From the NCBI GenBank assembly GCA_031257105.1, contig JAIRPG010000048.1:2684-66683 (forward strand): DNA of 64,000 bases, written 5' to 3'. The notes under the pieces are model-generated. The model saw only the letters and a program-made list of their open reading frames with translations, was not told the origin of the DNA and did no database searches. Source of the stretch: Treponema sp. GTDB lineage: Bacteria; Spirochaetota; Spirochaetia; Treponematales; Breznakiellaceae. Made by a program: the position numbers and the translations under genes. Positions 49,810 to 59,927 of the stretch are shown in pieces; position 1 is the stretch's first letter; every line of letters begins with the position of its first letter.

Positions 49810-50271
49810 CTAGCGGTTCCCGATTTCCAGAGCCTTGAGGAACATGGACTTCGAGCCGTCAATTATCGATGCGTTCGCTTCGTAAGCGCGGGAAGCGGCT
49901 ATCATATCCACCATTTCGGTGACAATATCCACATTGGGCATTTCCACATAGCCCGCCCGGGGCCCGGTTTTGATAGCGTCAGGATGAGTAGGATCATACA
50001 CCAGCCGGAGTTCGGCGGCATAATCTTTCTGAACCTCCACTACCCGTACCCCTTTGCCGCCGCCGTTATCCAACATATCCGGCAAGAAGGGTGAACGCCA
50101 GAACGGCTGCTCCGCCCGCGGACGGAGTACCACCCGGCTCCTTCGGAAGGGACCGCCTTCGGCGGTACGAGTGGTAGAGGCGTTGGCAATATTATCGGCA
50201 ATCACGTCGGAGCGAAGCCGCTCGGCGCTCATCCCGGTGGAAGCGATATTAATCGAATTGAAAAGCCCCAT
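49810..50271 (-). CDS. flgC: flagellar basal-body rod protein FlgC
   Basis: MGLFNSINIASTGMSAERLRSDVIADNIANASTT N-terminus and the AASRAYEAN C-terminal motif. Confidence 0.9.
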   Translation of the reverse strand: MGLFNSINIASTGMSAERLRSDVIADNIANASTTRTAEGGPFRRSRVVLRPRAEQPFWRSPFLPDMLDNGGGKGVRVVEVQKDYAAELRLVYDPTHPDAIKTGPRAGYVEMPNVDIVTEMVDMIAASRAYEANASIIDGSKSMFLKALEIGNR

Positions 50272-50279
50272 CTTCTATC

Positions 50280-50696
50280 CTACCTTAAAACCAGATTGAT
50301 CTGGCTGAACTCAAAACTCTCCGCTTGGGCCAGAAGAGTATACGTCATTTGATTCTGCAATCCCAACATCATCTCTTGCTCGGCGTCTACGTTGTTCCCG
50401 TTGTTCCGGGAGGTACTGACATAATCCAGAACCCGCCGGGGCTGAACCTCCCGGTAATCCCGTTCCCGCCAATTGGGGATATGCTTCGGGTTTGTCAGCG
50501 TCAATTCCAAGGCCGGGCGCTCTTTTTCCGTTTCAAGAGCCCGCTTGAGTTCGCTCTCGAAATTTACCTCCGAGCGCTTGAAGTTGGGCACTTGTGCATT
50601 CGCCAGGTTATCGGCGATAACATCCCGCCGAATAACACTGGCATCCATAGCCCGATGCAGCAAATCTACCGTCTTGGAAAAAGAATTCAACCCCAT
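50280..50696 (-). CDS. flgB: flagellar basal-body rod protein FlgB
   Basis: LHRAMDASVIRRDVIADNLANAQVPNFKR. ATG 50696 is preferred over GTG 50699 because GAGG lies 6 nt upstream. Confidence 0.9.
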   Translation of the reverse strand: MGLNSFSKTVDLLHRAMDASVIRRDVIADNLANAQVPNFKRSEVNFESELKRALETEKERPALELTLTNPKHIPNWRERDYREVQPRRVLDYVSTSRNNGNNVDAEQEMMLGLQNQMTYTLLAQAESFEFSQINLVLR

Positions 50697-50714
50697 CACT
50701 TTCCTCTCATTATA

Positions 50715-50742
50715 TTATCGGCAACTTCCCCTCGATGGTTTA
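50715..50742 (-). promoter_or_regulatory. sigma-28 (FliA/SigD)-type promoter candidate upstream of flgB
   Basis: Minus strand TAAA (50742-50739), 16-nt spacer, GCCGATAA (50722-50715). The -10 element matches the consensus exactly. Confidence 0.4.
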
Positions 50743-50830
50743 GAGTTTTGGAATTTATATGGAAATTTATTACCTGTTTCCATCCTCACCTTCTGTTCCG
50801 GAGGCGAAACTTTGAGAAAAAACCGCTTTT

Positions 50831-52375
50831 TTATAAGATATATCTCCCCAGATCCTGATCGGCGGCAATACCGGAGAGTTTTTCACCGACATATTCTTCG
50901 GTAATGGAGACCTTTGCGGGCGCTCTATCCGGCGCCTCAAAAGAAAGCTCCTCTAAAAGCGTCTCCATGATCGTGTGAAGCCGCCGGGCGCCGATGTTTT
51001 CCAGCCTCGAATTCACATCCGCCGCCAGAGCGGCAAGTTTCTCCACCGCTTCCGGGGTAAAATCGATCTCTATATTCTCAGTAGCCAAAAGTTCGGTGTA
51101 CTGTTTTATAAGGGCGTTCTTGGGCTCCGTCAATATTCGCAGGAACTCTTCTTTACCCAGAGACTCCAGTTCCACCCGCAGGGGGAAACGTCCCTGGAGT
51201 TCGGGAATCAAATCCGACGGCTTACTTACATTGAAAGCCCCGGCGGCCACAAAAAGGATATGATCCGTGTTTACCGGCCCCCACTTGGTATTGACCGTAG
51301 CCCCTTCCACGATGGGCAGAATATCGCGCTGAACCCCTTCCCGTGATACGTCCGGGCCGCCGCCCCGATCACCCTTGACGGCGATCTTGTCAATTTCATC
51401 GATAAAGACGATTCCCGTCTCTTCAACCCGCTGCCGGGCCTCGTCGCTAACCCGATCCCGGTCGATGAGCTTCTCCGACTCTTCGGCGATGAGGAGTTCC
51501 CTGGCCCGGTTGACGGTGACCAGCTTCTTTTTCTTGCCGCCGCCAAAGAAACCGGCTATCCCCGAAAGGCTCGTCTCCAGTTCCTCCATACCGCCGCCCA
51601 TCATCTCAAAATTGGGAAATTGAGGGTTCTGATTCACCGTAATTTCCACCGTCCGGTCTTCCAGCTTGCCTTCACGGAGCATAGCCCGGAATTTCTCTCT
51701 GGTGTGGGATGCGCGGCCATAACCGGCGTCCTCAGCCCCACCGGAAGGTTCTTCCGATACGGTTTCTTCCTCACGTTCCTCTTCTTCAGTATGGCTCCGC
51801 ATCGTGGGGATCCCTACCTGAACGGTACCCAGGATCCCGGTTACATTTGCGGCGTCAGGATTCAGCGCGAATGTGCCAACCGGACGCATCACGGCGCCGG
51901 ACTGGGGAGGTTCCTTTGGCTTCTTACCCGTACCGGGAAGGAGCAGATCTAAAAGAGCTTCCTCTGTCCGCCTCTCCGCCTCGGCGGTTACCGATTCCTG
52001 CATCTCCTGCTTCACCATCTGAAACCCCGCCGCCATCAGATCCCGTATCATGGACTCTACGTCCCGGCCCACATAGCCCACCTCGGTGTACTTGGTAGCC
52101 TCCACCTTGATAAACGGTGAACCTGCCAACCGGGCAAGACGCCGGGCAATCTCGGTCTTTCCTACCCCCGTGGGCCCAATCATGAGGATGTTCTTGGGCG
52201 CAATATCCTCGCGCATCTCCGGATCCAGCTTCAGACGGCGTATCCGGTTTCGTAATGCTACCGCCACGGCTCGTTTGGCCTTTTTCTGCCCGACGATATA
52301 TTTATCCAACTCCACCACAATCTCCCGGGGAGTAAGCCGATCTAAATTCTTGTCCGCCGCTTTTTTCTCAGCCAT
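50831..52375 (-). CDS. hslU: ATP-dependent protease ATPase subunit HslU
   Basis: [42 protein letters not shown] and the I-domain insert. ATG 52375 shares one base with the hslV stop (TAATG). Confidence 0.95.
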   Translation of the reverse strand: MAEKKAADKNLDRLTPREIVVELDKYIVGQKKAKRAVAVALRNRIRRLKLDPEMREDIAPKNILMIGPTGVGKTEIARRLARLAGSPFIKVEATKYTEVGYVGRDVESMIRDLMAAGFQMVKQEMQESVTAEAERRTEEALLDLLLPGTGKKPKEPPQSGAVMRPVGTFALNPDAANVTGILGTVQVGIPTMRSHTEEEEREEETVSEEPSGGAEDAGYGRASHTREKFRAMLREGKLEDRTVEITVNQNPQFPNFEMMGGGMEELETSLSGIAGFFGGGKKKKLVTVNRARELLIAEESEKLIDRDRVSDEARQRVEETGIVFIDEIDKIAVKGDRGGGPDVSREGVQRDILPIVEGATVNTKWGPVNTDHILFVAAGAFNVSKPSDLIPELQGRFPLRVELESLGKEEFLRILTEPKNALIKQYTELLATENIEIDFTPEAVEKLAALAADVNSRLENIGARRLHTIMETLLEELSFEAPDRAPAKVSITEEYVGEKLSGIAADQDLGRYIL

Positions 52376-52911
52376 TAATTGAGTTCCTCCAGGGTAATGT
52401 TTCCATTGGTATAAATGCAAATTTCACCGGCGATACGCAGACTCCGCTGGGCGATTTCCGCCGCCGAAAGCTCGCTTCCCTCCAGAAAAGCCAAGGCCGC
52501 GGCGTAGGCGTAATTACCGCCTGAACCGATAGCCAGGGCGTCCGTGGCGGGCTCCACCACATCGCCGGTTCCGGCGACAAGCAGCGTCTTATTCCGATCC
52601 GCCACCAGGAGCATGGCTTCCAGCCGCCGGAGAGACCGGTCGGTGCGCCAATCGGTGGCCAATTCTACCGCCGCCCGGGCAAGATCTCCCGAATACTCCT
52701 TGAGCTTCTCTTCAAAACGGTCAAAAAGGGTAAAAGCATCTGCGGTAGCTCCCGCAAAACCACAGAGAACCTTACCATCCAGGAGGCGTCTAACCTTACG
52801 GGCGTTGTTTTTCATCACCGTTTCACCGAAAGTCACCTGTCCGTCCCCGGCCATAGCCACTTTACCGTCTCTACGCACCGCCAATACGGTAGTGCTCCGT
52901 ACCTTATTCAT
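52375..52911 (-). CDS. hslV: ATP-dependent protease subunit HslV (CodW-like N-terminal extension)
   Basis: [29 protein letters not shown] and GSGGNYA motifs. Confidence 0.95.
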   Translation of the reverse strand: MNKVRSTTVLAVRRDGKVAMAGDGQVTFGETVMKNNARKVRRLLDGKVLCGFAGATADAFTLFDRFEEKLKEYSGDLARAAVELATDWRTDRSLRRLEAMLLVADRNKTLLVAGTGDVVEPATDALAIGSGGNYAYAAALAFLEGSELSAAEIAQRSLRIAGEICIYTNGNITLEELN

Positions 52912-52914
52912 ATT

Positions 52915-53874
52915 TTATTCCTCCGCTTTTTCCTGTCGCTTACGTTTTTCGGTCCGGGCGTGGGGATGGGCTTTGGCGTAAATCTGCCTGAGCCCTTCGA
53001 TATTAACATGGGTGTACCGTTGCGTGGTGGAAAGGCTGGCGTGTCCCAGCAGTTCCTGCACAACCCGGACATCGCAGCCAGAATTCAGCAAATGAGTAGC
53101 GAAACTATGGCGCAGCGCGTGGGGATGTACATTTTTCCGCAGCCCCGAACGCCGGGCATAACGGGAGATGATCCAACGCAGTCCGGGCACGGAAAGACCG
53201 CCTCCCCTCTTATTGATGAAAAGCATATCGGTAGGCCGCTCCGCGGGAATTCGTTCTCGCCTGACCGCAAGCCAGAATTTCAGGGCGTCCTTGGCCTCAT
53301 CCGAAAAGAAGACAACCCGTTCCTTATTTCCCTTCCCGATGATTCGGGCGCCTCCCAGATCCTCTTCTAATGAGCGCAACGTCAGCGAAGCTGTTTCAGA
53401 AATTCGCAAACCTCCTGAATACATCAGAAGGATCAGCGTTTTATCCCGCTCGGGCCAGAGTATCCCCTCCGTTTCGGGAAGTTCCGCAAAATTCGCCATC
53501 TCTTCTTCCCAGAGGAACACCGGCAAGGTCTTGGGAACCTTGAGATTCCGCAGGGCGTCGCTGGGATTGTCGAGCCTGAATCCCATCCGGACAAGCCAGC
53601 GGTAAAACCCGCGCACCGACGAAAGCGTCCGGTTCACGCTTACCGGCGCCTTGCCGGCGGTAGTCAACACGGCGATAAAGCTCTGTACCAACCGGGGTGA
53701 AGCCTTGGCGGGATCTCCGCCCTGCCGGGCGCAATGATCCGCAAATGCCTCCAGATCTTTTCCATACGCCGATAACGTTGAGGGCGACACATCCCGTACC
53801 GCCCGGAGATAGCTCAGGTATTCATCAAGACGGTTCGGAACCGGATCGTTCAGGTCATGCGCTTCATTCGACAT
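52915..53874 (-). CDS. xerC: tyrosine recombinase XerC (CodV-like)
   Basis: Catalytic R...HxxR...Y pattern (GGLRISE, HALRHSFATHLL, GHASLSTTQRYTHV). The start is uncertain (ATGs at 53913, 53892, 53874). It sits between topA and hslV, as codV does. Confidence 0.8.
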   Translation of the reverse strand: MSNEAHDLNDPVPNRLDEYLSYLRAVRDVSPSTLSAYGKDLEAFADHCARQGGDPAKASPRLVQSFIAVLTTAGKAPVSVNRTLSSVRGFYRWLVRMGFRLDNPSDALRNLKVPKTLPVFLWEEEMANFAELPETEGILWPERDKTLILLMYSGGLRISETASLTLRSLEEDLGGARIIGKGNKERVVFFSDEAKDALKFWLAVRRERIPAERPTDMLFINKRGGGLSVPGLRWIISRYARRSGLRKNVHPHALRHSFATHLLNSGCDVRVVQELLGHASLSTTQRYTHVNIEGLRQIYAKAHPHARTEKRKRQEKAEE

Positions 53875-56014
53875 CGGGGATATCCTCTCCATCTTCCGAA
53901 TGGAGGTAATCACAATCAGGATTGATACACGCCTTATGGGAACCGTTCTTTTTATCGTACTTTTCTACCATAAAATTGCCGCAGTTAGGGCACTTCTGAT
54001 TAATCGGCTTAAAGTGGCTGATAAAGTCACATTCCGGGTAGTTGGTACAGCCGTAAAATTCTTTGCCCCGCCCCCGTGTTTTCCGGGCCACAACGTCCCC
54101 GCCGCAGCGGGGGCACTTGGCCAGGGGAATGGAACGGGTATTCCGGCACTCAGGAAAGCCGGAACAGGCCAAAAAGTATCCAAAACGGCCCAACTTCTTT
54201 ACCAGAGGCTTCCCGCATTTCTCGCAGGTGTAGCCGGTCTCTTCGTCCAGGGAGCCCTTGAAAGATTCCAGCGTTTTACCAACCTCGTCAACGCGGTCTT
54301 TGAAGGGATCGTAGAATTCCCGTATCATGTCGGGCCAGCGAATATGGCTTTCCTCTACCTCGTCAAGTTTGCTTTCCATGGAAGCGGTAAAAGCGGCGTC
54401 TACCACGTGGGGAAAATATTCCACCAGCATATCGCAGATTATCTTACCCAACTGGGTAGGAACGAGTTGGCGGTTGGATCGGGTCACATAGAAGCGCTCA
54501 AGGAGTACCGATATGATTGGAGCATAGGTTGACGGACGGCCGATTCCCCGTTCTTCTAAGGTCTTGACGATAGAAGCGTCGGTATACCGGGCGGGGCCCT
54601 GAGTAAAGTGCTGCTCCGGATGGAACACATCTAACCGTATATGATCCCCTTTCTTTAAGTTGGGATACGGGTTTCCTTTTTCCTCTTTGGAAGTGAGGAG
54701 TTTCAGCGCTTTGTAGAAACCTTTTTCGATGATCTGGGTTCCCGCAACCCGGAAGATCCCTTCCCCGGCCTGAATATCGGCGCTGACGGTCTTCGTCTTG
54801 GCGTTTTTCATCTGGCTGGACACAAACCGTTCCCAAATGATCGTATAGAGTCGTAGCTGATCCCTGCTGAGATACTCCTTTACCTCATCGGGGGTGTATG
54901 CGGTGTACGTGGGTCTGATGGCTTCATGGGCGTCCTGGGCTTTCTTGCTGAGGGCGTATTCCAGCGGGCGATCCGGCAATTCATCGGGAAACTGTTTGCC
55001 GATCCACGCTCGGACATCTTCCAACGCTAAGGCCGAAATCCGCACGGAGTCGGTACGCATATAGGTGATAAGCCCTACCCGGGAATCACCGACATTTACC
55101 CCTTCGTAAAGTTGCTGGGCGATCTGCATAGTCTTCTTACTGGTAAACCCCAACCGGTTCGCCGCGGTTTGCTGCAATTGCGATGTGGTAAAGGGGGGCT
55201 TGGGCCGCACCGTTTTTTCGAGTTCCCGAACATCAACCACCTCACAATCCGTCCCGGAAAGCTGATCTTTTATAGCGTTTACTTCCGCTTCACTCCGTAA
55301 TTCCGGCTTCCGGTCTTGCCATAAGACGAGTTGGGCGGTAAAGGTAGTCTTACCGGCTTTAAAATCCGCCTCCAGCGTCCAGTATTCCTCCGGGATAAAA
55401 GACTCCACCTCCTTTTCCCGCTCGCAGATGAGGCGGAGCGCTACCGACTGTACTCGTCCGGCGGAAAGACCGTTTTTGACCTTCTTCCAGAGCAGCGGGG
55501 AAAGGTTATACCCTACCAGACGATCCAGAACCCGCCGGGCTTTCTGGGCGTTTACCTTCGCTTCGTCGATCCCCGATGGATTGGCCACCGCGCTCATGAT
55601 CGCCAGAGGGGTAATCTCGTTAAAACTGATCCGTTGAATGGGAACCGCGCCGGTCTTTGCGGATATGGCATTCCGGAGATGCCACGCGATAGCCTCTCCT
55701 TCCCGGTCATTATCACTTGCCAGCAGCACCACCCCCGCCTTTTTCGCGTCGTCCTGAAGTTCTTTAAGGAGTTTGGCCCTCCCTCGAACGGTGATATACT
55801 CCGGCTCAAAATCATGCACCACATCAACGGCAAGCCGGGATTTGGGCAGATCGATAAGATGTCCCATGGAGGCTTTTACTGAATACGAAGGCCCCAGGTA
55901 TTTTTCGATGGTCTTTGCCTTGGCGGGGGATTCTACAATGACCAGCGTCTTTTTATCCTGGATTTTCTTGTCTGTCCCTTTCGCAGGCGTTTTTTTTTCG
56001 GTTTTTACCGCCAT
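53864..56014 (-). CDS. topA: DNA topoisomerase I
   Basis: Toprim LVIVESPAKAKTIEKYLG, active-site region GLITYMRTDS, and three C-terminal Cys4 zinc ribbons. Confidence 0.95.
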   Translation of the reverse strand: MAVKTEKKTPAKGTDKKIQDKKTLVIVESPAKAKTIEKYLGPSYSVKASMGHLIDLPKSRLAVDVVHDFEPEYITVRGRAKLLKELQDDAKKAGVVLLASDNDREGEAIAWHLRNAISAKTGAVPIQRISFNEITPLAIMSAVANPSGIDEAKVNAQKARRVLDRLVGYNLSPLLWKKVKNGLSAGRVQSVALRLICEREKEVESFIPEEYWTLEADFKAGKTTFTAQLVLWQDRKPELRSEAEVNAIKDQLSGTDCEVVDVRELEKTVRPKPPFTTSQLQQTAANRLGFTSKKTMQIAQQLYEGVNVGDSRVGLITYMRTDSVRISALALEDVRAWIGKQFPDELPDRPLEYALSKKAQDAHEAIRPTYTAYTPDEVKEYLSRDQLRLYTIIWERFVSSQMKNAKTKTVSADIQAGEGIFRVAGTQIIEKGFYKALKLLTSKEEKGNPYPNLKKGDHIRLDVFHPEQHFTQGPARYTDASIVKTLEERGIGRPSTYAPIISVLLERFYVTRSNRQLVPTQLGKIICDMLVEYFPHVVDAAFTASMESKLDEVEESHIRWPDMIREFYDPFKDRVDEVGKTLESFKGSLDEETGYTCEKCGKPLVKKLGRFGYFLACSGFPECRNTRSIPLAKCPRCGGDVVARKTRGRGKEFYGCTNYPECDFISHFKPINQKCPNCGNFMVEKYDKKNGSHKACINPDCDYLHSEDGEDIPDVE

Positions 56015-56937
56015 ACCGCTCCTCGTATTCCAGCCGGAATAGTATCTCTTGTTTCTCCTTTTACCGCAATACCCCAGTCGCGGAGAATATCTTCCGCTTG
56101 GCCGACTACCGGCGCCCCGTCACGAGCTAAGTTTCGGCATCCTTCTCCCAAAATGGAATTAACGCCCGCTTGGGCAACCCACAGATCTCTGCCTTGCTCC
56201 AGGGCAAACCGGGCGGTGATAAGCGCCCCTGAAACAGCGGGAGCTTCCACCACCAGCACCCCCCGGGCAAGCCCCGCGATGATCCGGTTCCGAGCGGGAA
56301 AATGCCATTTCCGCGCCGGCATTCCCGGAGGATACTCGCCTAAAAGAGCTCCGCCGTTCTCCAGTATCCGCCGGGCAAGCGCCCGGTTAGACGCGGGATA
56401 CACCCCGTCAAGCCCCGCGCCCAGCACCGCCACAGTCGGCGCATTGCCTTCCAGGTTCCCCCGGTGGGCGAGCGCGTCAATCCCCAGGGCCAGACCGGAT
56501 ATCACGACGACGCCTTCCCGGCCAAAGTCCCTGCTTATACGATAAGCCTGAGCCGCGGCGGCCCCCGAAGGTTTCCGGGTGCCTACCACCGCGACGAGGG
56601 GCCGGTTCCCGGCAGGGAGTTTTCCCCGGTAAAACAGCAGCGCCGGCGGATCGTAGATCTCCCGGAGCAGAGGCGGATAGTTTTCTTCGCAAAAGGAAAC
56701 ATAGCCGATTCCCCGCGATGCGGCGGCTGTCGCGTCCGCTTCCGCCTGAGCGCACAGTTCATCCATTGTCCAGGAATATCGGGAGAGCTTCCGTTCCAGA
56801 ATCGATTCTATATCTTTTTTAGAAAGCAGGATCAGATCCGCTTCCCGGTTACATACTTTACAGAGCCGGAGTTTCTCCAGCGGATGAATACCGGGAATCC
56901 GGCTGATGATCAGGTCTAAAAGCCCCCTCTCAGCCAT
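56005..56937 (-). CDS. dprA: DNA-processing protein DprA (Smf)
   Basis: VAVVGTRKPS, SGLALGIDALAHRG and FPARNRIIAGL motifs. The internal ATG 56937 was chosen (8-nt overlap with the upstream gene). Confidence 0.85.
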   Translation of the reverse strand: MAERGLLDLIISRIPGIHPLEKLRLCKVCNREADLILLSKKDIESILERKLSRYSWTMDELCAQAEADATAAASRGIGYVSFCEENYPPLLREIYDPPALLFYRGKLPAGNRPLVAVVGTRKPSGAAAAQAYRISRDFGREGVVVISGLALGIDALAHRGNLEGNAPTVAVLGAGLDGVYPASNRALARRILENGGALLGEYPPGMPARKWHFPARNRIIAGLARGVLVVEAPAVSGALITARFALEQGRDLWVAQAGVNSILGEGCRNLARDGAPVVGQAEDILRDWGIAVKGETRDTIPAGIRGAVWR

Positions 56938-57670
56938 AGTACAGATCCATAACGAACTGCTTATTCCGTTCCGCCTCGCTCCGCCTGTTTTTATCATTCG
57001 TCGTCCTGATGATCTGATCATAGGCATCCAGAGCCTCTTCGTAATTTTCATTCATTACATAGGCCCGGGCCAGGACGAACAGCCCATCAACATCATTCTT
57101 CCGCAGTTCCATATACCGCAGCAGAGGAGGTATAGCGTCCGCAGGTCTATTTAACTCAAAAACATAGAGTATCCCCAGCGCGTACAAAGGCTTGCCGTAT
57201 TGTCCGTCCATTTTGATGGCGTTTAAATAAGCGGCCTCGGCGAGGGCATAATAACGGTCGCTGCCTCCGGTATTCCCATCAATATCAAGGTACGATTTAG
57301 CCACCATAGCGGCGGAAACCCCCGCAAGATACTGTAAGGTAGGATCTTCAGGATTATAGGCTATACCCCGTTCCAGAGCGGACAGCGCGTCTTGGTGGAG
57401 CCCCTGATCCTGAAGCCTGGTGGCAAGGATCTTCCAATAGGTTCCCGCTTGAACAGCGTCCTTAATATAGTGGTCCATGCGCGTCTCGTAGACCGCGATC
57501 GCCTTACGCAGTTCTTCCACCGAGGAGGGGATGCCACCGCTTACCTGGGCTACGCGCTTGGCCAAGACAGCCCGTTGTCCTTCCTTTTGTAAGGTATTGA
57601 TTACCCCAATAGCGCCGGCGATAAGGGCAATAACGATTATTCCACCGACTACTTCTTTTCTCACCTTCAT
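56930..57670 (-). CDS. membrane-anchored TPR-repeat protein
   Basis: N-terminal TM (VVGGIIVIALIAGAIGVI) followed by several 34-aa TPR-like repeats (AL..LERGIAYNPED...; YALGILY...). Confidence 0.6.
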   Translation of the reverse strand: MKVRKEVVGGIIVIALIAGAIGVINTLQKEGQRAVLAKRVAQVSGGIPSSVEELRKAIAVYETRMDHYIKDAVQAGTYWKILATRLQDQGLHQDALSALERGIAYNPEDPTLQYLAGVSAAMVAKSYLDIDGNTGGSDRYYALAEAAYLNAIKMDGQYGKPLYALGILYVFELNRPADAIPPLLRYMELRKNDVDGLFVLARAYVMNENYEEALDAYDQIIRTTNDKNRRSEAERNKQFVMDLYYG

Positions 57671-58584
57671 TTCACTTCGCCTCCGGACCCACTCCGCAGT
57701 TTCAACTGGGGAATATACCGCCGGTGTTGTTCCCGAAGCATCGATACATCCACATGGGTATAGATCTGGGTCGTCGCCAGATCCGCGTGCCCCAGAAGTT
57801 CCTGCACCGACCGAAGATCCGCGCCGCCCGCCAGAAGTTCCGTTGCAAAACTATGGCGCAGTGTGTGCAGCCGGGAACTCATCCCCAACTGAGCGGTAAG
57901 GGCCGCGTAGTTTTTCCATATACCCTTCCGGGAAAGCCGCTTGCCCGACCGTCCTATGAAAAGGGCTTGGCTCAACCGAGGCCCCGCCAGGGTCGGTCTG
58001 GCGTCCTCTAGGTACCGCTTGAGCCACTTTTCCGCCTCTCCGCCGAATACGACAAGCCGTTCTTTGGTTCCCTTGCCCCGTACCCGGGCGATACCTTCGG
58101 TAAAGACAATATCTTCCATATTAAGGGACGCCGCTTCAGAAACCCGTAAACCCGCCGAGTAGAGGAGTTCAAACAACGCCCTATCCCGAATTCCCCGAGG
58201 ATTCTTGGTATCTACCATTTCCAGCATCCGCTCCACCTGTTCCCGTGAATGAACCAATGGTAAATGGAACGCCCGCCGGGGACTCTCCAGCGCCACCGCG
58301 GGGTTATCGGCCCGGAAATCTTCATCAAGCATATACCTAAAAAAGGAACGGAGGGCGGAAATTATCTTAGCGATAGAACGGGCCCCGGCGCCCTCGTCTC
58401 GGCGGAACGTCAAGTACCGCGCTAGGACGGCGGTATCCGCCCGCTCAGGCGGCAGCTCTTCCCCTTCAAGCCATTCGAGGAAATGGCGGATCTCCCTGGC
58501 GTATGTTTCTACCGTTAGAGAAGCGCGGTGTTCTAACGCCACAAGCCGGTCATGGTAATGCTCAAAGAGCGGATATTTTTTCAT
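57667..58584 (-). CDS. xerD: tyrosine recombinase XerD
   Basis: AGLRVSE, HTLRHSFATELL and GHADLATTQIYTHV, with an N-terminal SAM-like domain. Confidence 0.85.
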   Translation of the reverse strand: MKKYPLFEHYHDRLVALEHRASLTVETYAREIRHFLEWLEGEELPPERADTAVLARYLTFRRDEGAGARSIAKIISALRSFFRYMLDEDFRADNPAVALESPRRAFHLPLVHSREQVERMLEMVDTKNPRGIRDRALFELLYSAGLRVSEAASLNMEDIVFTEGIARVRGKGTKERLVVFGGEAEKWLKRYLEDARPTLAGPRLSQALFIGRSGKRLSRKGIWKNYAALTAQLGMSSRLHTLRHSFATELLAGGADLRSVQELLGHADLATTQIYTHVDVSMLREQHRRYIPQLKLRSGSGGEVK

Positions 58585-58589
58585 ACGGC

Positions 58590-59825
58590 TTAGGCTTTAT
58601 ATCGACCGGCGGCGCCCGGTCTTTCATGATCGTTGGTCTCTCCGCCTGATTTCCGGCTCCGGATATACGCCGGTATATCTAAATCTTCATCCCGGTATGC
58701 CGTTTTACCGGAATCACGGGCGCCCTTAGGCTGATGATGCGCCGTAAATCTTTCCCACTCCTTGACATCTACGAAGTCGTCCTTTCCAGTTCCCCGCTTT
58801 TCCGGCTCTGGATTCTCCACCGGAATCGCGGCGGCTTGGTTAAAAAAGCCGGTAGCTATCACCGTTACCTGGATTTTATCCTCCAATGAACAATCTACCG
58901 AATGGCCGATGATGATATGGGCGTCCGGATCGGCGTTTTTGGTGATATAATTAACCACATCCTGATATTCCAGTATGGCTACTTCCTCTCCGCCCGCTAC
59001 ATTGACGAGGATATGCTTGGCCCCATCAATAGAACAGTCTTCCAGCAGCGGATTTTCTATGGCGGCGGCGGCGGCGTCTTCGGCGCGATTATCACCGGCG
59101 GCAATCCCCACCCCTAAAATAGCATCCCCCTGATCCATCATCGTCGTTCTGACATCGGCAAAATCAACATTGATATTTCCCTCTTTGGTGATGAGATCCG
59201 AAATACCCTGCACCCCCTGGCGAAGCACATCATCGGCCATTATAAAAGCTTCTGTGATTGAGGTCTTCCGATCCGCGATCTTCAAAAGGGATTCATTGGG
59301 AATAATAATGAGGGTATCCACCGCCAACCGCATCTTTGCGATCCCTTCTTTGGCAAGGCTCATTTTATAGCGCCCTTCAAATCCAAACGGCGTCGTCACT
59401 ACCCCAACGGTCAGCGCCCCCCGCTCACGGGCAATTTGAGCGATAACCGGCGCCGCGCCGGTGCCCGTACCCCCTCCCATCCCGGCGGTGACGAACACCA
59501 TATCGGCGCCCTTAATGGCGTCGGCGATCATTTCCCGGTCTTCCTGGGCTGCCCGCTCTCCTACTTCCGGTTTACCTCCGGCTCCCAGTCCATTGGTGAT
59601 GCTCTTACCTATCGCTAAACGTCTATCGGGATCTATCTTACTATTTTTTAGGGCCTGCGAATCCGTATTAACCGCGTAAAACTGTACCCCTTGCAGTCCA
59701 CATTCAATCATCCGGTTGATTGCGTTTGAGCCGCCGCCGCCGGCGCCGATAACCTTGATCTTGGCCAGTCCGGATTCCGGATCATCAAACACCTCAAGAC
59801 CACGCAACATGACAACTTCTTCCAT
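58590..59825 (-). CDS. ftsZ: cell division protein FtsZ
   Basis: [13 protein letters not shown], the [11 protein letters not shown] tubulin signature and NVDFADV. The ORF extends to 59849, but ATG 59825 is preceded by a G7-AGAC ribosome-binding tract. Confidence 0.95.
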   Translation of the reverse strand: MEEVVMLRGLEVFDDPESGLAKIKVIGAGGGGSNAINRMIECGLQGVQFYAVNTDSQALKNSKIDPDRRLAIGKSITNGLGAGGKPEVGERAAQEDREMIADAIKGADMVFVTAGMGGGTGTGAAPVIAQIARERGALTVGVVTTPFGFEGRYKMSLAKEGIAKMRLAVDTLIIIPNESLLKIADRKTSITEAFIMADDVLRQGVQGISDLITKEGNINVDFADVRTTMMDQGDAILGVGIAAGDNRAEDAAAAAIENPLLEDCSIDGAKHILVNVAGGEEVAILEYQDVVNYITKNADPDAHIIIGHSVDCSLEDKIQVTVIATGFFNQAAAIPVENPEPEKRGTGKDDFVDVKEWERFTAHHQPKGARDSGKTAYRDEDLDIPAYIRSRKSGGETNDHERPGAAGRYKA

Positions 59826-59927
59826 GTCTCCCCCCCACATATTAGACATACTATTTTAATAAGGTTCCGCTAGAATCTTACGAACCTTAAACGTATCGTA
59901 CACAAGAACCGGTTTGCCGGCTCACTC

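Noticed and set aside
52915-53874. Tyrosine recombinases (also 57667-58584) as markers of an integrated element or prophage.
   Set aside because: Their context (topA-xerC-hslVU as in codV, and ftsZ-xerD) and the canonical Xer motifs indicate chromosome-dimer resolution enzymes. No att-like repeats or phage genes flank them.
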